The notes under the pieces: generated by a model
Told to the model about the DNA's origin: nothing
The model's database searches: none
The model's input: only the letters and a program-made list of their open reading frames with translations
DNA from: Tubulanus polymorphus
Lineage: Eukaryota; Animalia; Nemertea
Assembly: GCF_964204645.1 (NCBI RefSeq)
Contig: NC_134028.1
Span: 558,001-622,000, forward strand
Direction of reading: 5' to 3'
DNA: 64,000 bases
Made by a program: the position numbers and the translations under genes
Part shown: positions 60,201 through 64,000 of the stretch, one piece after another
Position numbering within the stretch: position 1 is the first letter of the stretch
Layout of the letters: every line of letters starts with the position of its first letter

Positions 60201-63200
60201 TTACCATGGATATTTCTGCTGCAGTTGTATGGATTTTTCTTTGTTGGTTTAAAACGGATGAATTCTAAATCGGCATCTGTTGTAATCAGATTGTTGCCGG
60301 TGCCCGGGGACCGCCGCCGCACCCGTACTCATCCTGCCTGACTGTTGTATCATGCAGATAAAGTATTTATTGAGGATATCAGCAATTGAATAACCTCAAT
60401 TCTATATAAATGACGTTCATTAACCTAAATGAGGAATTCATCATCATCGACTAACTGTATTCATATACAACTTCTATAGTTCTTCTGACACAACCGAGCC
60501 TAGGTAGCTTACGACTAGTTGTTCAGAGCGTAAGAGTTCACAACTAGCTGGTCAGAGTTTAGCGTAGTTCAGGATTAGCGGCATCATGATCAAAGTAAAT
60601 AATTTCAGTAAGTAGTACCGGTAATATGTTCAGACACTGATATATACCGGTAATATGTTCAGACACTGATATATACCGGTTCAGACCGTGATATATACAG
60701 GTTTATATGTTCAGACCCTGATATATACAGGTTTATATGTTCAGACCGTGATATATACAGGTTTATATGTTCAGACCGTGATATATACAGGTTCATATGG
60801 TCAGACCCTGATATATACAGGTTTATATGGTCAGACCGTGATATATACAGGTTTATATGTTCAGACCGTGATATATACAGGTTTATATGTTCAGACCGTG
60901 ATATATACAGGTTTATATGTTCAGACCCTGATATATACAGGTTTATATGTTCAGACCGTGATATATACAGGTTTATATGTTCAGACCGGGATATATACAG
61001 GTTTATATGTTCAGACCGTGATATATACAGGTTCATATGGTCAGACCCTGATATATACAGGTTTATATGTTCAGACCGTGATATATACAGGTTTATATGT
61101 TCAGACCGTGATATATACAGGTTTATATGTTCAGACCCTGATATATACAGGTTTATATGTTCAGACCGGGATATATACAGGTTTATATGGTCAGACCGTG
61201 ATATATACAGGTTTATATGTTCAGACCGTGATATATACAGGTTTATATGTTCAGACCGTGATATATACAGGTTTATATGTTCAGACCGTGATATATACAG
61301 GTTTATATGTTCAGACCGTGATATATACAGGTTTATATGTTCAGACCGTGATATATACAGGTTTATATGTTCAGACCCTGATATATACAGGTTTATATGT
61401 TCAGACCGGGATATATACAGGTTTATATGTTCAGACCGTGATATATACAGGTTTATATGTTCAGACCCTGATATATACAGGTTTATATGTTCAGACCCTG
61501 ATATATACAGGTTTATATGTTCAGACCGTGATATATACAGGTTTATATGTTCAGACCGTGATATATACAGGTTTATATGTTCAGACCCTGATATATACAG
61601 GTTTATATGTTCAGACCGGGATATATACAGGTTTATATGTTCAGACCGTGATATATACAGGTTTATATGTTCAGACCCTGATATATACAGGTTTATATGT
61701 TCAGACCCTGATATATACAGGTTTATATGTTCAGACCGTGATATATACAGGTTTATATGTTCAGACCGTGATATATACAGGTTTATATGTTCAGACCCTG
61801 ATATATACAGGTTTATATGTTCAGACCCTGATATATACAGGTTTATATGTTCAGACCGTGATATATACAGGTTTATATGTTCAGACCCTGATATATACAG
61901 GTTTATATGGTCAGACCCTGATATATACAGGTTTATATGTTCAGACTGTGATATATACAGGTTTATATGTTCAGACCCTGATATATACAGGTTTATATGT
62001 TCAGACCCTGATATATACAGGTTTATATGTTCAGACCCTGATATATACAGGTTTATATGTTCAGACCGTGATATATACAGGTTTATATGTTCAGACCGTG
62101 ATATATACAGGTTTATATGTTCAGACCGTGATATATACAGGTTTATATGTTCAGACCGTGATATATACAGGTTTATATGTTCAGACCGTGATATATACAG
62201 GTTTATATGTTCAGACCGTGATATATACAGGTTTATATGGTCAGACCGTGATGTATACAGGTTTATATGTTCAGACCCTGATATATACAGGTTTATATGT
62301 TCAGACCGTGATATATACAGGTTTATATGTTCAGACTGTGATATATACAGGTTTATATGTTCAGACCCTGATATATACAGGTTTATATGGTCAGACCGTG
62401 ATGTATACAGGTTTATATGTTCAGACCCTGATATATACAGGTTTATATGTTCAGACCCTGATATATACAGGTTTATATGTTCAGACCCTGATATATACAG
62501 GTTTATATGTTCAGACCGTGATGTATACAGGTTGTTTAGACCTGGTTGAGTTTCTACTGATGCTAATGATAGTCATAAATTGACTCAGTTCTCATCTATT
62601 TAATCTGATTTCATTTAATGTTTATTATCAGTAATTGTGTGTGTGTGTGTGTGTGTACAGTATTGTATTAATGTTAGAGGATTCCTTGATTGCCACAGTA
62701 TCATTCAATCCACTGGGGACAACAGGCCGCCGGCAATAGATGCTTCCACGTGACCTTTCTAAACTCTGGACACTTGATGTTGATTTCACTTGTGTTCACT
62801 GTACTGCCTGTAGTTTATATTCATGATTCAGGACCATTTTGAAAATTTAGTGATATGTTGTATTTATAGATGTGTAGCAGGAAAATCATTAACTTGTATT
62901 TGATTTGTTTATATTTCAGACTCTGATGTAACGGCAAAAACATGGAAATATTTGAGTTCACCTCATGATATAGAAACATTGAAAGGTGCAGTTTCACAGG
63001 ATGATTTATGTGGAGTTGATGAAATCATCGCGAAATGTGAAAATAGTCCTCGACACAGAACGACATCTAAAACATTAACAGATACCGGTAGTCCTAAACA
63101 CCAGCATCATCAGCAGCAGCAGCAGCAGCTGCAGGGGTCATCATCGCGGATACCACGTCTCAATCACAGCTCGCCGCAACAATCCAGAAAATCGAAAATA

Positions 63201-64000
63201 CCAACACCAGGTTCTACTGTCGGTTCAACTGCGGGTAAAAACGTGAAAAATCTCAATAAATCTAAATTGACGACAAATAATCCCGGGCAGATTAAAGTGA
63301 AATCAACAAAACAGCAACAACAACAACAACAAATACCAGTGAGTTCTATAGGAGTAAAAACAGTTCCACAGACCACAAGCAGTAAAATCAAAAAGGTTGT
63401 GAATAAAACTAAAATAGTGCCCCCTGGTGTTAATACAAACAACTCTAAAATAGCGCCCCCTGGTGGTAATACAAACTCTAAAGCAGTGCCCCCTGGTGTT
63501 AATACAAACTCTAAAATAACACCCCCTGGTGTTAATACGAACAACTCTAAAATAAGGCCCCCTGGTGTGAATACAAACTCTAAAACAGCGCCTCCTGCTG
63601 GGAATACAAACTCTAAAATAGCGCCTCCTTGTGGCAATACCAGTAAATCGATAGCGTCTGTGAGCGATAAACAATCAATAAAAACATTGAAAACTCAAGT
63701 GAGGATAAACAGCCGAATACCAACTACGAGTTTCACTTCAAAGAGAATGGCAAATATAAATCAACAACAATTACCTTCATCGACAATAACTACACAAAAC
63801 GGAGCCTCAAAAACTGAACCCAGTGAAATCAATGAAAACGGACTGGAACCCGGAGGTAGTGGTGAGGACGAACAGGACGGACTGGAACCGGTTAATCGCG
63901 AAGAAAGAGGCTTCGAAACGTTTCTCATGACCGGAGATATGATAATCCGTAAATCAGCACCGGCATCTCAAAAACACAGTCCAACACCGGATACCAGTCC
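54228..64000 (+). CDS. Efa6: Efa6/PSD-like Arf6 GEF, N-terminal part (PDZ, SxIP motifs, MTED); 3'-truncated by window edge
   Basis: PDZ is spread over exons 54228-54380 (GFGFSILGG..VIFDILQDSPA), 57349-57415 (LEIGDVIKQVND) and 58480-58533 (VLRQLKQSEAKLILKLFR). The open exon 62920 to >64000 carries SRIP, SKIP and SRIP, plus RGFETFLMTGDMIIRKS (63906-63956), which resembles the Drosophila/C. elegans EFA6 microtubule-elimination motif as recalled. Sec7 and PH domains are not in the window. Confidence 0.75.
54966..55501. mobile_element. MITE-like element with perfect 18-bp terminal inverted repeats
   Basis: TGGATATTTAACCGTATA (54966-54983) and its exact reverse complement TATACGGTTAAATATCCA (55484-55501). 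Internally there is a direct repeat GTAAAATAGCGGA (~55094, ~55457), TTAGGG-like runs and a tRNA-like segment. No clear TSD. Confidence 0.6.
55555..55716. repeat. 62-bp tandem repeat (~2.5 copies) containing telomere-type TAACCCTAACCCTA
   Basis: Five CTAACCCTAACCCTAG blocks are visible. Confidence 0.85.
55720..55783 (-). mobile_element. tRNA-derived SINE head or tRNA pseudogene
   Basis: Minus strand GTGGTCTAGTGGTTAGG..CCAGGTTCAAATCCCGGGTGGGC carries Pol III A and B boxes. No clean cloverleaf was established. Confidence 0.55.
56135..57123. repeat. 16-bp minisatellite (GAGTTGTAGACACGAG), ~60 copies, intronic
   Basis: Directly visible; variants occur in a 3-5 base segment of the unit. Confidence 0.97.
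57565..57960. repeat. 39-bp minisatellite (ATACATCTCTGATCAGGGTCAGGGTTGATCAGGTTTCAG), ~10 copies, intronic
   Basis: Unit spacing 57721 to 57760. Confidence 0.95.
59390..59590. repeat. Polypyrimidine (C/T) low-complexity tract; AG-rich tract nearby at ~59045-59110
   Basis: Directly visible. Confidence 0.9.
60620..62532. repeat. 30-bp minisatellite (ATATATACAGGTTTATATGTTCAGACC[G/C]TG), ~63 copies, intronic
   Basis: Two units per 60-base line, in register across ~1.9 kb. Confidence 0.98.
63408..63645 (+). repeat. Coding 36-39 bp repeat, (N)SK[I/A/T]xPPG[V/G]NT(N) x7
   Basis: In frame with the Efa6-like exon: TKIVPPGVNTNNSKIAPPGGNTNSKAVPPGVNTNSKITPPGVNTNNSKIRPPGVNTNSKTAPPAGNTNSKIAPPCGNT. Confidence 0.85.

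Noticed and set aside
60688-62583. 631-aa ORF (IYTGLYVQTV)n, and a possible CRISPR-like array
   Set aside because: A 30-bp unit without a stop gives an open frame trivially. The repeats are contiguous with no unique spacers, no cas genes are present, and the context is a eukaryotic intron.

Overview
Eukaryotic, AT-rich, intron-dense animal DNA. It is probably an invertebrate bilaterian or lophotrochozoan, but the species cannot be fixed from sequence alone. No prokaryotic features or CRISPR arrays are present. Seven spliced genes can be reconstructed by hand from GT-AG junctions: (1) the 3' part of an FSTL4/FSTL5-like gene (+); (2) a secreted GH18 chitinase (-); (3) an ABCC1/MRP1-like transporter (-); (4) a short ADAMTS-like M12B metalloprotease with no visible TSP1 repeats (-); (5) a very large membrane mucin (PTS arrays, SEA, EGF, NIDO-AMOP-VWD, EGFs, SEA, TM) (-); (6) an ABTB2/BTBD11-like gene (+); (7) the 5' part of an Efa6/PSD-like gene with PDZ, SxIP motifs and an MTED motif (+). 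The most notable non-coding signals are these. A minimal hammerhead ribozyme of Penelope type sits between ~58-bp inverted arms in an intron, on the pre-mRNA strand. Three separate minisatellites in one gene have each amplified a real exon-intron junction into arrays of decoy splice sites that lead to premature stops. Both mucin arrays show a possible 10-unit higher-order period. A TIR-bounded element carries TTAGGG-like and tRNA-like segments. Minisatellite density rises sharply in the last ~18 kb. Exon coordinates were read manually and may be off by a few bases. No database searches were run.
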